DNA of 64,000 nucleotides from Moniliella sp. 'wahieum' (Eukaryota): positions 248,001-312,000 of the forward strand of contig RSEE01000048.1 of the NCBI GenBank assembly GCA_003971905.1. The letters are read 5' to 3'. Made by a program: the position numbers and the translations under genes. Within the stretch, counting starts at the first letter, position 1. Every line of letters begins with the position of its first letter. The notes below the pieces were generated by a model. It worked only from the letters and a program-made list of their open reading frames with translations. It was not told the DNA's origin and ran no database searches. This document shows positions 1-12,600 of this stretch, piece after piece.

Positions 1-409
1 TCGGCGTGGATGGGTCCGAGGTACCTACAACCGGTCCGGGTGCAGCGAGCAATTCCAAGGCGCAACAGGCTGCCCATGTGGACCCTGTGGCAGTCTATGA
101 CGCAGCCAGTGCAGCTCTCGGAGCTTTTGTTGCTCGGATCCAGGCCGAGGAAGGGCGGGAAATCGGTCTGTTGAGAACTGACAGCTCGCCGGCCCAACAA
201 GCCTTGGGCCTTGACGTTTGCCCTGCCACACCCTGTTGTCTCTTCCGTACGACGAGCATCCGAAGCCCGCGTTGGCGGAAGAGAAGCGCCCAGAGCAGCT
301 GAGGAACGCTACGCTGGGGCGGTGGCGTCTCGCCGTGTTGGGATGTCCCGCCCTCGCGGCATGGCTCCGCTCGTTCCACTCACAAGTCGTGCGGCCGCAG
401 GGCAAATAG
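1..409 (+). CDS. 3' end of a gene entering from the left edge; possibly a metaxin/Sam35-Sam37-like GST-C domain protein
   Basis: Joined frames read VYDAASAALGAFVARI...LGLDV...HTLLSLP...LRNATLGRWRLAVLGCPALAAWLRSFHSQVV*, loosely resembling the metaxin GST-C tail. Requires frameshifts; weak match. Confidence 0.3.
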
Positions 410-547
410 ACTCTGCCAGCGTCAATTACACAAACACATCGCTCTCCCCATTGCATTATCTTCCCGCTTGCCTATGCTATCCCGCCTGAGGTTCCTGGAA
501 ATGCCATCGATGGGAGCGACTGGTTCATAGATGGAATCGGGGGGAAA

Positions 548-1570
548 TCAGGCTGCTGCCCGCATCCTGGACCGCTTGCCTGTGATGGCCTGGAACCCAG
601 TCTTGATCGCAGCCACGGAGCGTTGAGAGCCACACGTCTTGCACTTGACAAAGTAGATGCGGTTCTCGCGGCTCAACTCCGTGTCGGCGGATTTGCACGT
701 CTTGCACTGGACATACTCGGAAATATACTGCGCAGCACGTTCTGAATCTGCTGTTGCTGGAACCGACCCTTGATGATCAACCGGCCCGCACCATCCTCGT
801 TACCAATGGTACCCAGTTCGGCAAACAAGAACGCCTGCACGTGTTCATGGTCACGGTGCATGCGCCGGCAAATGTCAGCACAGTTGACAAACGCCGTCTT
901 CTTCGACCCCTCGCGCTCGACAACAGGCGGGACCATGGTGTACTTCTTCTTGTCCCCAGACAGAGCCGGGTTGTGCTCACGCAACGTGACAAACACCCGT
1001 TCAGTAGCTGGGGGCGGAGGAGAGGGGGGAGGGGGAGGGTCAGCACTTCATGTCACCGTCAGCAAACCAGGAAGGATAGCACAACGTACCCATGCATAAG
1101 GGTACTTGTCGGTGCCCTTGAGGAACTCGACCTCCTTCTCCGGATCGTTGGCAAAGGGTTGACCTCGGGGTTTTCATCAAACTCGTCTTGATCCTCCTCG
1201 GCCGCGCCGCCCTCAGCCAGCGCCTTGTCAAGCTCGGCCAGCTTGTCCTTCTTGGACTTTTTCTTCTTCTTCAGGTCGCCAAACAAGTCTTCCGGTGCGG
1301 GCGGCCGAAGTAGCAGGCTCGGTGCTGGCGGGAGCGGTGGGCAGAGTCCTCCTTGGGCGTGTCCTCGCGGCTTCCTTGGTAGAAGGCAAGTTGTCGAGGT
1401 TGACAGTAAAGTTCTTGGCCGTCTTCTTGCTCTTTTCTTCTTCTTCATACCACCAAACTGGCAGCCAGCTCATCGTCGCCCGTCTGGCCCTCGCCATCGG
1501 GGGCGGGCGTGGCAGTAGGCGAGGTGGAAGCAGCGTCAGCCGCCGGAGTGGTCAAGTCGTCGTGGGTCAT
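548..1570 (-). CDS. SUI3: Translation initiation factor eIF2 beta subunit
   Basis: Poly-Lys boxes (KKKKKSKK), [31 protein letters not shown]...[22 protein letters not shown] and C-terminal zinc ribbon CKTCKS...CKTCGS. ATG at 1570, GTACGT..CTGAC..CAG intron about 1089-1009, TGA at 550-548. Several indels. Confidence 0.95.
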
Positions 1571-1804
1571 GATGGCGAGGAACCAAAAAGCAGTCGCCAC
1601 TGCTCCTCTTTTTCGCCGGCTGGGGCCAGCGGCTCAAGACGAAGCCCCAGCAGCTAGTCACCGACTCGACCCCTCTTCCGCCCACCGTTCCGCCCACCGT
1701 TCCGCCCCCCGCCCAGCACCACACGACACTGCCGCCCAAGAAAAAAAAAGAAAACGGCAGACGGGCGGCGTTTGAAACGTTGCAATCTAAGCCGAGAAGA
1801 GGGA

Positions 1805-1857
1805 TGATCGATGACCGGTGACCCGTGACCCGTGACCAGTGACATGTGACATGCGAC
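1805..1857. repeat. 7-bp periodic TGA-NNNN array (7 units) upstream of eIF2-beta
   Basis: tgatcga tgaccgg tgacccg tgacccg tgaccag tgacatg tgacatg cgac, read directly. Confidence 0.9.
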
Positions 1858-3792
1858 AGGGGACACTCCCCACTTAACCTCTGCCTCCTCAGCAGCTGTG
1901 GAGGGGCAACAGAGGGGGGTCGTTGGCCTGCGAGGGAGACTGATGTGCATACGTGACCCAGTCTTCGTAGATTCTTTTTCTCCAGATGGTGTGCTGTAGT
2001 TCACAGCAGCCGGGGATACTCTCTAGCAAGGAACAGGCGGTTGGCTCTTCGGAAGGGAAGGAGAGAAGAGAGTCTTGAGACGCACCAGCCCTGCTCTCCT
2101 TGTTTTGTGGTTGGTGTTTTTGCTAGTAATCCGGTGTCTTGTGGAATTGCGGGGTCGTAGAACGTCGAATCAAAGCAGTCGCCGATAAAACGAGGATGGT
2201 GGTAGATAGGTGTAATGATGCATCATACAGTACTTCTGTGGTCTATATAATAGTTTCTGGACAGGGTTGTAGTGGAGAAGAGGATGCAGGTCGAGGCTAC
2301 AATAAGGTAAGAGCAAATGTCCACTGGCACGGTGGTGGGGTACATAAGGGAGTTGATAACAGAAGGTAGACGAGTCCAACACGGTCTTATAATGGAGGAA
2401 CCATTACTATGGGGGGCGCCATATAAAGAAACAGAACGATGCAGCTTTTTTCACAGCCTGAGGGTGTGGTATATGAGGAAGAGGGAAACGGAGAGTCACA
2501 GGTAGCAGCATGCAATTATCCCCCAAAGGGGGATACCGAAAGACGAGAGGGGGGGGGGAATTGGATGCGCCGGAATGAAAACTTCTGATGGCGGTACAGT
2601 GAAGGATGAAAAAGGAGCAGGACGTGTGAAGAGAAAATGGGTCCGAGCTAATGCTCAAAGTAACTCCGGCGTGAGCGAATGGGATGTACGTTCCAACCGC
2701 TTTGAGAGCTTCTGATAGTGTTATACGCCATGGATCCTTGCGCGACGGTTGAAAGAGGCTATACAGTCGCGCCTGCGTCAGAGTGTCTGAGCCCATAACC
2801 GGAGCGTGAGGGGATGCTGCAGTGCATGCCCAACACGGACCACCGCCGTCATCAATGACCCCGAACATCAGGACTTTTGCTCCCCGTCTCTTCGCATTCG
2901 GTCTTTCTCCCTTTGCTCTGGCAACACCTCTTCTGTCTCTTAACTCCTCCTCCTGCATTCCCGCCTGACCACGGCCAAGTGTTGGTCGTAAGATTCGCCC
3001 TCTTGCGGTTGCCAGCAGGCAGGGTAGAAAGAATCTCGAACGGAATGTATCATCATTGTGTATGGGGTGGTGTATTTGACTTTTGTTGTGCGTGCACAAC
3101 CGCCCTCCTCCCTTCGGTTTTGTTATTCTGTTCAACACACAGTCAGTGTATATTCCTCTACTGATAACATGTGTACCTCGAGATACTGCGTCTACCGGCC
3201 TCGCCCATCCACTCAACTGTTCTGTTAATTCTCACTTGCTTCAAAAAGAAGCATCGATATATATGTTCCTTTTGTTTCGTCAAACACAACGTTGTCTCTT
3301 TCCCTTCCTGGATTGATTTTGTTTCCCATTTTCACCCGGATGGACATGCCTGTGTCCAACTTCGCCTGGTATACGAGCTAGCCATTATCCTAACCACCCT
3401 CTCTCGCGGTTGGCAATCACTGTGAAAGGGCTACGCCTGGCTACCTCCGCGTCCTCTCTATATTTGGGTCACTCCAGTGAAAAACGAAGTGAAATAGGAA
3501 TGCGATGGCGTGCGATAGGGACATGCTTACATCATGCATCATGTGGGCAAGGGGGCTGCTGGTGATGGATGATCCCAGGGGTGAGGCGCGTGTGCGCTCA
3601 GACAGTGTGTGCTCTGGGGCGACCGACAGGCTGGCTGGTGCGCGGGCCGCACGGCGCGCGTGTCCTGCGGTGGGTGCCGCTGGCTGACGACGCCCCTCGC
3701 AGCAGCTGCTGGTCGCTGCACCACGCCGACGCCATCACGCATCACGCTGCGCCCGCACCCTCACCGCCACACCAAACAGGAGCCCCCGTAAA

Positions 3793-3816
3793 ACGTTCAA
3801 CGTTCAACGTTCAACC
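3793..3816. repeat. (TCAACGT)n heptad array upstream of ATG18
   Basis: acgt tcaacgt tcaacgt tcaacc. Confidence 0.85.
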
Positions 3817-4024
3817 TCCATCCCGCTGCTATTGCGGCAATCTGCCCCTCCCCCCGCCACCGCCTCCACCTCCCCTCCCCCTCACCACCACCGCCACCGC
3901 TACCGTGGACGAGTGTCTGCTTCCTCGTGCCTCTCCCTACCGAGCAGAGTCCCAATCTCCCCGCCCTCCGCTCTTCTCTTCTCGCGCTTATCTTCGCCTC
4001 TCCCCGCCCGCCCCCCCACTCACC

Positions 4025-5532
4025 ATGTCGCGTCTTTTGGGCGCCGGGACGCACAAGTCCTCCTCCTCGCTCCTGTCCGTGTCGTTCAACCAGGATGCAA
4101 GTTGTCTCTCTGTTGGAACGCGCAAGGGGTATTCCATCTGGAACACGGAGCCCCATGGCCGTGTGTTCAGCAAGAATGTCGGGCCCACCGGCATTGTGGA
4201 GATGCTGTTTTGTACCTCTCTTGTTGCCCTCGTCGGCACAGGCGAGCCAGCCTCGGCCAGCGCTGCCACGGCTGCCGGTGCGACGGGCCGGCAAGGTGTT
4301 GCGTCGCCTAGAAAGGTGCAGGTGGTCAACTCGAACCGCCAATCTACCATCTGTGAATTGCTCTTTCCCAGCACTGTACTGGGGGTCAAGCTCAACCGCA
4401 AACGGCTCGTTGTACTCCTGGAGGAGGAGATCTATATTATGACATTAGCAACATGAAGTTGCTTCATACGATCGAAACGAGCCCCAACCCCCAAGGTGTG
4501 TTCTTACTGCCCTGATCTTAACTTTAATCTGGCTTGCGATGAAGCGCTGACGACTTGTTGTTGTTTGTACCTTTGCCTTCAGCCATCTGTGCCCTGTCGG
4601 CCAGCTCCAATCCTTGTTACCTTGTTTTCCCCTCGCCTGTCCCTAGTCCCACCTCACCGCTTCCCGGCTCGTCGCAGAACGCAGCGGGGGCAAATGGTCA
4701 GGGGGGCTACAATATGCCGGGTGATATTATGATCTTTGATCTGCTCAACCTATCCATGATCAACATCATCCAGGCGCACAAGGCTCCGATTGCCGCGTTG
4801 GCCTTGAACGCCAATGGCACTCTGCTCGCCACTGCCAGTGAAAAGGGCACGATCATTCGCGTCTTCAGCATCCCGTCCGCGACCAAGCTGTGGCAATTCC
4901 GACGCGGTTCCTACCCGGCGCGCATCTACTCGCTTTCGTTCAATGCCACCTCCACCTTGCTCTCTTGCTCGTCCGATTCCGACACGGTCCACATTTTCCG
5001 CTTGGCACCCACCTATGGTGAGCCCGAGGAGCGACAGACGGCCAAGCTGGGCACGGTGGTCGCTGCGCGCAATGCGGCCTTGTCCGCCGCGGCCGGGCGC
5101 AGGTACGTTGGGCACGACTGGCAACGGGAGCAACAGTCCTGCCGTGTCGTTGGAGGATGACGAATCGGAGGCAGGCGCCGGGTTTGACGACCCGTGTCGG
5201 TGGCCAAGCGGGGGAATGGGGGTGGGTTTAAAGGCCTGATCAAACGCCAGTCGCGCGCCTTGGGCCGGAACGTGGCTGGCAGTGTGGGCGGGTTGCTGCC
5301 CAACACGTTTTCCGATCTGTGGGAGGTGCAGCGTGACTTTGCCCACCTCAAACTGCCTACGGCCGGGGTGAGTAGCATTGTGGCCATCTCCTCGGCCACG
5401 CCGACGGTGATGGTGGTGACCTCAGAGGGCTGCATTTACACCTACTCGATTGACCTCGAACAGGGGGGGGAGTGTGTGTTGATGAAACAGTACTCGTTGC
5501 TGGACTACAATGACGATGCCGAGGAGCGGTAA
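4025..5532 (+). CDS. ATG18: Autophagy PROPPIN WD40 protein Atg18
   Basis: [62 protein letters not shown]...[15 protein letters not shown], phosphoinositide-binding FRRG motif, RDFAHLKLP...[13 protein letters not shown]. Intron about 4496-4582; indels near 4441 and 5100-5195. Confidence 0.95.
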
Positions 5533-5637
5533 CTGGCGGTGGCCTTGCCGCTGCCGGCTGGGCAGGGACATTCGGCAGGGTGGGTTGGTTTGGCTCGGAG
5601 GCCCATGCGCCGTACTTGTCTGTTGCGATCCCTTTCC

Positions 5638-5660
5638 CGTTGCCGTTGCCGTTGCCGTTC
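5638..5660. repeat. (CGTTGC)n hexamer microsatellite in the ATG18 3' region
   Basis: cgttgccgttgccgttgccgttc. Confidence 0.7.
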
Positions 5661-6207
5661 CGGTGTGTGTGTGCGGCAACTTGTGCACCGTGTGCGTTGG
5701 GGGTGGACAGCGGGCTACGAGGGCAGGTCGTCGGGCACACGCTGCTTCGCTATGGATACACGTTTCACCTCTTTTGTGGACCGTAAGGGGGGAGGGGGAA
5801 GGAATGAAGAGTTGCTTGATCAAGAGAACCGGCGAGGCTGGACAGGCATTGATAAGAGGGAGGGGAGGTGTGGCTGATTGTGGGATGCTGGTCGGCTGGG
5901 GTACCCGGTGCCAGAGCAGGAGATGGCGTGTTGGTCGATGGTTGCGCCCACCTGTTTTGGTTTGAAACTCCGGCAGGCGGCCAGGGGCGCCACCACCGAT
6001 TGCTAGTTGCTGTGCGCCGAGCAAGAGGGCCGAGGGATGGGTTGGGCTAGCGAATGCTTTCGCTTCGCTTCGCTTCGCTCCCTGCGCGCTCGCTCCTCTG
6101 GCGTCGTCGTCCTGGCAGTGGGTCCCCCTTGGGTGCTGATTGGGATCACCCATGGCCACAGCACATCATGCACCATGCCCAGTCCCCCTCGGTCGATAAA
6201 CCCCGCG

Positions 6208-6396
6208 TCGCGCGTCACGCGTCACGCGTCACGCCGCCCGCGCACCCATGTGGGACACGCCGCCCGCCCCTCGTTTTGCGCACTGGGAATCAGGCACTAG
6301 GCAGGCGCTGGAAGCTTGACAGCCCGCCGCATTCAACGTTCAAACGTTCAATGTTCAACTTGAAAATTCAACATTCAATATTCAACCTCAATATTG
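6208..6396. repeat. Heptad arrays upstream of the bZIP gene: (TCACGCG)n and a mixed TCA-NNNN array
   Basis: TCA at 6215/6222/6229; TCA/TGA at 6333, 6340, 6348, 6355, 6361, 6368, 6375, 6382, 6388. Confidence 0.8.
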
Positions 6397-6993
6397 CACG
6401 TGCAACCAATCTTCCGCCACGATCTGGGGGGCCAGCTGCTCCCAGCGGGCGAGGAGCGGCAGGGGCAGCACGTGGCATGGCGCCAGTGGGCTGCACGCAT
6501 CCGCCGCTGGTGTCGTCATCGTCGTGCATGCGCCAGAAGACGTGCACGCCAGGCCGCAGGTGGCGCGCCTCCCCGCAGGCACAGCGGCAGCCAGCCGCCG
6601 CCACGGGCCCCGAAGCGGGCGGCGCGGGGACAGCGCAGGGCCAGTGTCGCGCGGGGGCACAACGTCATCGCATGCGCCCCGAAGCTCGAGGGCGGACGCT
6701 GCGGACAGAAGGCAGGCAGGCGGCCAGCACGCACACGAGAGCGCGTGGTGTGTGATGCTGGTGCATGATGCAATGCAGCTGGCAGGGCGCGCACGCCCCC
6801 CAGGCACCACGCCAGCCAGCCAGCCCACCGCACCCTGGCAGTGGGCGGCAGAGCAGGCGCAGTGTGCTCCCGTGCGCGCACCCGCGCAGCCGACGTCATT
6901 GCTCCTTCGTCAGCGTCATCGACGCCGCCGCCTGGCTACGTACCCGCCCCGCCACCAACACCTCCACCACGCTCCCGCAGCACACGCATCGCC

Positions 6994-9054
6994 ATGGGTG
7001 TGTTTCTCTGCCCCCCCCCCCCGTGTTCCCGTCCGCTGACTCCTCCCCTCTCGCCCACCACCCGCTCCCGCGTGCGCTGTGTCCATGTCTGCGTCCCCCC
7101 CCCCGCCCCCGCCCCGCCCCCGCCCCCGCGCCTCCCCCAGCCTCGACCGACACCCCCCACGCGTCGCGCCTCGAACTCGAGCCCAATCCCTTCGAGGTCT
7201 CCTTCAAGCCCGCCTCCCGCCCCTCCCCCTCCCCCCAGCCCCTCCCGCTCCCTCCCACGGCCAGCCGCGCCGTCGCCCAAAACCACTCGCCCTGCCGCCT
7301 CCACCGCGCCACCTGCCTCCCCTCCTTCCAAGCCGCGTCCCACCTCCGACCACCCCGCCCCCGACACGTCCCCGCGCCCACACTCCGCCCCGCACCCGCA
7401 GGCGACCCGCCAAGCAGCTGCTGATCCTGAGCAGCCACAACCATCCTCTCATTCCCCCGTTCAGCCCGACCGCCAGCCCGCTACCCCGGCCCGTGGCAAG
7501 GGCGCCAACCCCGAGCCCGTCTCGGGCGGTGGCTCGGGAGCCAGTTCGGGCAGCGGCAGCGCGTCAGCTTCTGCCACAGGGTCCAGTGCTGCCAAGGCTT
7601 TGCCTGGAATCACTTCTCTCACCTCCCCGTCGGACGGAAGCAACCCTTTCAATTGGGTTACCTCGCTCCGTGATGGTCCGCTGAGTCCGGCGATGCTGGG
7701 TGCTCCCTCGTGTCCCAGCAAGGCTTTGACGTGTCGGCGTTCCGCACGGGCTTGACCCCGGACCTGTCCAACTTCAAGACGGGCCTCACTCCGCTTGGAT
7801 CCGGGGTGAGCATGCCTCCCCCAGTCCCAACACGGCCGCCTTCCTCGCCGTCGTCAACTCCAACAGCGCCGCCCACGTTCCCACAGGCACCGTGTCTGCG
7901 TCGGGCATGCTTGCCATACTGCGCCCCCGTCGCAGACGGGCGTGCCCGCCACCCTGACACCCAACACGATCAACGCCATCACCCAGGCGAGCAACTCGAT
8001 GCACAACAGCAGTGCCCACCCTACCGTAGCCCCCGCCCCATCGACGGAGGGATCGGCCGACTACTTTTCCGGCCGTGGTTCGGCCGCGTCGGCGACAGGC
8101 GAGCGTCCTGGATCGCGGCTGCGCAACTCGCTTGTACCCCCAGTTGTCACCGAGCCCGGACAGCAGCCCGCACCAGCTGCTGCTTCCCCCTCGCGCCCCG
8201 CGTCGCATGGTGGCGTTCCTGCGTCCGACCCCAACGTCGCCCACTCGGCCGCTTCGGGACTGTATTTGCTAAGCCAAGCGCACCATGAACTGACCAAGCG
8301 CGAGGGCAATACGGCCGCGGCCCAAGCTGCCGCCCACGCACTTCAATCGGTTCCGTACCCGTCTGCGCCGGAGACAGGCGGGAAACCCACTGGTCGCGCG
8401 GGGAGCAAGCGTACCAAGTCGACCGTTTCCGCGGAAGAAGGTGGGCAGAGACCAGTCCTGCATCTGCAGCTCGTGGGCGGGGCCGCGCTCGTCCCGCCGG
8501 TGGACGGAAGAAGGCTCGTGGGGACGCCAAGCCTGCCCCGCCTCCCGTCTCGGCGGCGGAGGAGGAGAGCGAGGACGATGCGCCTGGGTGCGCCCGAGGG
8601 CGCGACGGAAGAAGAGAAGCGCAAGAACTTTTTGGAGCGCAACCGTCAGGCGGCACTCAAGTGCCGCCAACGTAAGAAGGCCTGGCTGCAATCGCTCCAG
8701 CAAACGGTCGAAGGCTTACGCGGGGGAAAACGAGACGCTAAATCGACCGTGGAGATTTTACAGCAAGAAAGTGCGTATTTACGTGCGCAGCTGATTCCCA
8801 CTGCTGGTCCCGGTCCAGCCTCCCAGCCTCCGCCTTCCAACCCTTCGGCCCCTCCCGTTGCGCCTGCCCCAGCTGGCCTAACAGGCCCACCCTACGTCGG
8901 CGCCATGGCCAGGCCTTCCTTCCCGCCCCGATCCATGCCGGCCCACCCTGGCGCCGGGGCGGACTATGCCTATAACCCTATGCCTCCGCCGCCCGCTCCG
9001 AGCGGATTTGGGCAGCCCATGCCGCCGGTGAATGCGAAACGGATTGATGTGTAA
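6994..9054 (+). CDS. atf1: ATF/CREB-family bZIP transcription factor (Atf1/Sko1 type)
   Basis: Aft1_OSA motif SRLELEPNPFEVSF, Aft1_HRA SLRDGPLSPAML, Aft1_HRR RTGLTP..KTGLTPLGSG, bZIP basic region EEKRKNFLERNRQAALKCRQRKKAWL. 4-nt first coding exon ATGG, intron about 6998-7140. Several indels. Confidence 0.9.
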
Positions 9055-9699
9055 GCAGGCTGGGGGTGGGCGGGCAGCACGCTGCCTGTCTTTGCCTGCG
9101 CCCGGTGGCGCTTGCTTGCCGTCGCGGTCGCGATTGCGGTTGCGGTTGCGGGTTGCTCGTCATTGACATGGTTGAGAGATTGAGTCCCTTCCTGGTCGTT
9201 GGTATCGCTCATCTTGGTTTTCTTTTGGTTTGGTCACCTGCTCCGTTTTCCCTTTGGTGCGTTTGTGCGTTTCCTCCCCTGTCTTTCCTCCTTGCCCCCC
9301 ACCACCGTCGCGTGACGATTTCGCCCCCCCCCCCTGCCCCCTTCGTCTGTCCCTCTGCCTCTACCTCGGCGCCGTACCCCGCACTCATTTTCTGCCCCTG
9401 TCTGCCCTCGTGTCGATAACCTGTCCGTCTACCAGTGGTCACCCCTCTTCGTGCATGGAACCTCTGTACCGTTTTGCCCTTCTTTCCCCTTGCCTTCCCC
9501 TTTGCCGTCGGTGGACGCCCCATGGCAAGCCACTCCTGCCCCCCTGATCCATAGTAGCAGTAGCATAGTAGCATTTTTTTCTTGCCCCTCTCTCTCCTTC
9601 TCTTCGGGGAAAGGGGCGCAAGAGACAGACCCAAAAGCCCAGCCCGGGAGACGCATCCCCCCATTCCGAACAAAGGAACGGGAGCAGGACACTCTGCCC

Positions 9700-12600
9700 T
9701 GCTCTTTCTCCGGTCAGCCACTCGCTCCGCATGCTCATGCACCTGCTGGTGCTGCGCATGCGCGCGCGCCCGAGCGCGCTCCCGCTCTTCTTGCCTCCGC
9801 TGCATTTTCCTTGAGCGTCAGGGGGCGGCCCGCCATCGCAGTCGGTGCCGCAGTCCGTGGCCGCATCGGGGCCGCTCCCCCATCCGCATCGGCCGCATCC
9901 CGTCGGGGTCGCGGTCGAGGGCGGACTGGGCGTCGAGGCAGCTTCGGGACCCGCTGGAGCCAATGCTGCCCCTGCTCCTGCCCCGGCCTCGGCACCTGCA
10001 CCTGCACCTGACGGCGTCCCGACCGGACCCGGACCCTCACCCGACGGCGAAGGGGGCCCGGTCGGCCGGTCGGTCGCAGTGGGGGAAGTGGGAGCGGGGG
10101 CGGGGGCGGGGGGGGCGTCGGCACCGCAGGCGGTTGATCGTCGGCGCTCGGCGACGCGCGTTGAGTGTCGCCTATCGACCGCGATCCCGAGCCGAGCCCG
10201 ACCGCGCGCGCGCGCGCGGCGAGAGCGTTAAGGGGCTTCCGGGGCTCGTGGGCGCCGAGAGGGTGTGGGATAGCTCGGGGCTGCGCAGCGGAGGCCGAGA
10301 GAGTAGGCGGGTGCGACGCGAGGGCGACGGGGACGGCGTGCGCGGGCGGGGCGAGGGCGAAGCGCTAGGTGTGTGCGGAGGAAAGGCACCCGGGGGGCGA
10401 AGCCGAAGCCGAATGCGAAGGTGAAGGCGAAGTGGGCGAGGCCGCAGGCAGGGGCGCGGGCGATGCTGCGTCTTGTGCTGCGTCCCGTGCTGGACCGGAC
10501 CCACTCGGGCTGCCAGGTCTGGCGGTGGTCGCACCTGGCGCTGGCGCTGGGGCCGGGGCCACAGGGAGCGACCGTTCGTCCTGATCTACTGCTGTGACCG
10601 AGGGTTCCGCCTCTCCTTTGTCCAGCTCAACGGGGACCGGTTCGTCTGGCATTGGCCTCTCCTTTTCAGCTTGCTCCTTCTCGGCTTGCGCCTTTTCGGC
10701 TTGCTCCCTATCGGCTTGCTCCTTTGGGCTTGCTCCTTCTCGGCTTGCGCCTTTCGGCTTGCTCCCTATCGGCTTGCTCCTTTTGGGCTTGCTCCTTCTC
10801 GGCTTGCGCCTTTCGGCTTGCGCCTTTTCGGCTTGCTCCCTATCGGCTTGCTCCTTTTGGGCTTGCTCCTTCTCGGCTTGCTCCTTCTCGGCTTGCTCCT
10901 TCTCGGCTCGTTCCTTCGCAAGTTGCTCTTGCTCCAAACGTTCTTGTTCTAAACGCTCTTGTTCCAAACGCTCTTCTCCAAACGATCCCGCTCGGCCTGA
11001 TCTCGTTCAAGTCGTTCCATCTGCAAGCGGCCACGCTCCTTGCGCTCCTGTTCTTCCCGCTCCTTTTCCAAACGGAGCTGTTCAAGTCGGGCTTGTTCAC
11101 GGGCAGCTTGGATCCTCCGCTCCTCTTCCGCCCTCTGCTCAGCTTGGATCCGTTCCTGTTCGGCCTTGGCTTGGGCTTCCAAACGCTCCTGCTCGGCCTT
11201 TTGCTCAGCGGCAAGCCGTTGCTCTTCCGCCCTTCTCTCAGCCTCAATACGTTCCTCTTCGCTTTCCTCTCCGCCTCAATGCGCTCGGCTTCGCGTTGCC
11301 GAGCCTCTTCTTCCCTCCGGGCACGTTCCTGAGCTTCCTGTTCTTGTCGCCTTTGTTCCCGTTGCACCGCTTCGTGCCATACATACCTTGACCTGAGCCT
11401 GGATCGTGTAAGTGCTTGGCCAGCCTGCGTTTCGGCCTCCTGGAGCGCGTCGACCCAACTGGGGCCATCGCCAGCCAAAGGGAAGATGGCACTATACATC
11501 TTCCACAACCGCGGTGCCGAGGAGAGGCACCAGATTCGGACGAGGTGCGTGGCCAGGAGCGTGGTCACGGTTCCAGCAGGGGAGTGGGATTGGGTGGGTG
11601 GCCAAGATGCGCGGCCAGGGAACGGGACAGTGCATTCTTTCCCTCGCTTGACAAGCGGACCTGGGAAGACCCGCCCGAATCGAATCCAGAGCGAGGCGCA
11701 GAGCGTGTTCGAGCGCGGCGCGCGTGCCAGCAAACGTGCTGGTGGCGCATACGTGCCCAACACTTCCAACGCCTCCAAGACCGCATTGTGGTGCGCCGCC
11801 AACGGCGACTCGGCCAACGGCGCCAACGCCTCTTCTGCATCCGAAAGTGGCGGAAGCTCGCCCTGCTGCCACAATGGCGCAAGCCAGCTGGGCAACGCTT
11901 GCGCCTGCGCCACGTCCGTTTCCAGTCGTCGCTGGGCAGTTGTGAGTAACGTTTGGAAGAGCTTGCGCGGAGCTTGGGCCAGCGAGCCGGCTGCAATGCG
12001 AGGCAGAGGGTCGGCGCCGAGCGGGCGGAGCGGGACAGCAGCAAAACGGACGTGACGATGCAAGTCGGCCAAGAAGCCAGCGACTTCGAGCGCGGGACCG
12101 CAGGGTCGGGTGCGGCGAGGGCGGAACGGACGAGCGCCTTGACGTCCACCTCGACCCGATGCGCCACGTCGTTCGACACCACCTCCCCCAACGAGGAGAG
12201 AATGGCGCGCGAATGCACCCGTTCCGGTTCCGGGCCGTGTTCGAGGAAGAGGGAAAGGCCAAGCCGGAGCGCATTGGCACTGCTTTCGCGAAACGTGTCG
12301 ATGTACGCCCCGCACGCCGCTGCGCGGCCCGAGAGCGTCGAGTCGAGCAACGGCAATGCTTCCCACTTGGCCCGCAGCGCTGCATATTGCGTGCGGGAAT
12401 ACGCCAGACACAGCGCCGGCAGCGGCAATGAAGACTGCGAAGTGAATCGGCCAGCTGCGCCGCGCCGGGCGCCGGTGCATGTCCATCCACCGCCTCGGCC
12501 AACGCTTGGGTCGTGCTGCCCAACTGCGAGAGGGTGTGCAGCGCGCTGCGCGCACGCGCCAAGTAGGGCTAGGGCCCGTGATATGATGTACCAGCTGATC

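Noticed and set aside
6055..6080. Simple repeats (CGCTT)n, also (GACTA)n at ~28775 and (TGCGAA)n at ~60519
   Set aside because: Ordinary short microsatellites with no further structure.
10665..10980. Regular short repeats that could be mistaken for a CRISPR array
   Set aside because: Contiguous 15-bp coding units without unique spacers, in a eukaryotic gene, with no cas genes.
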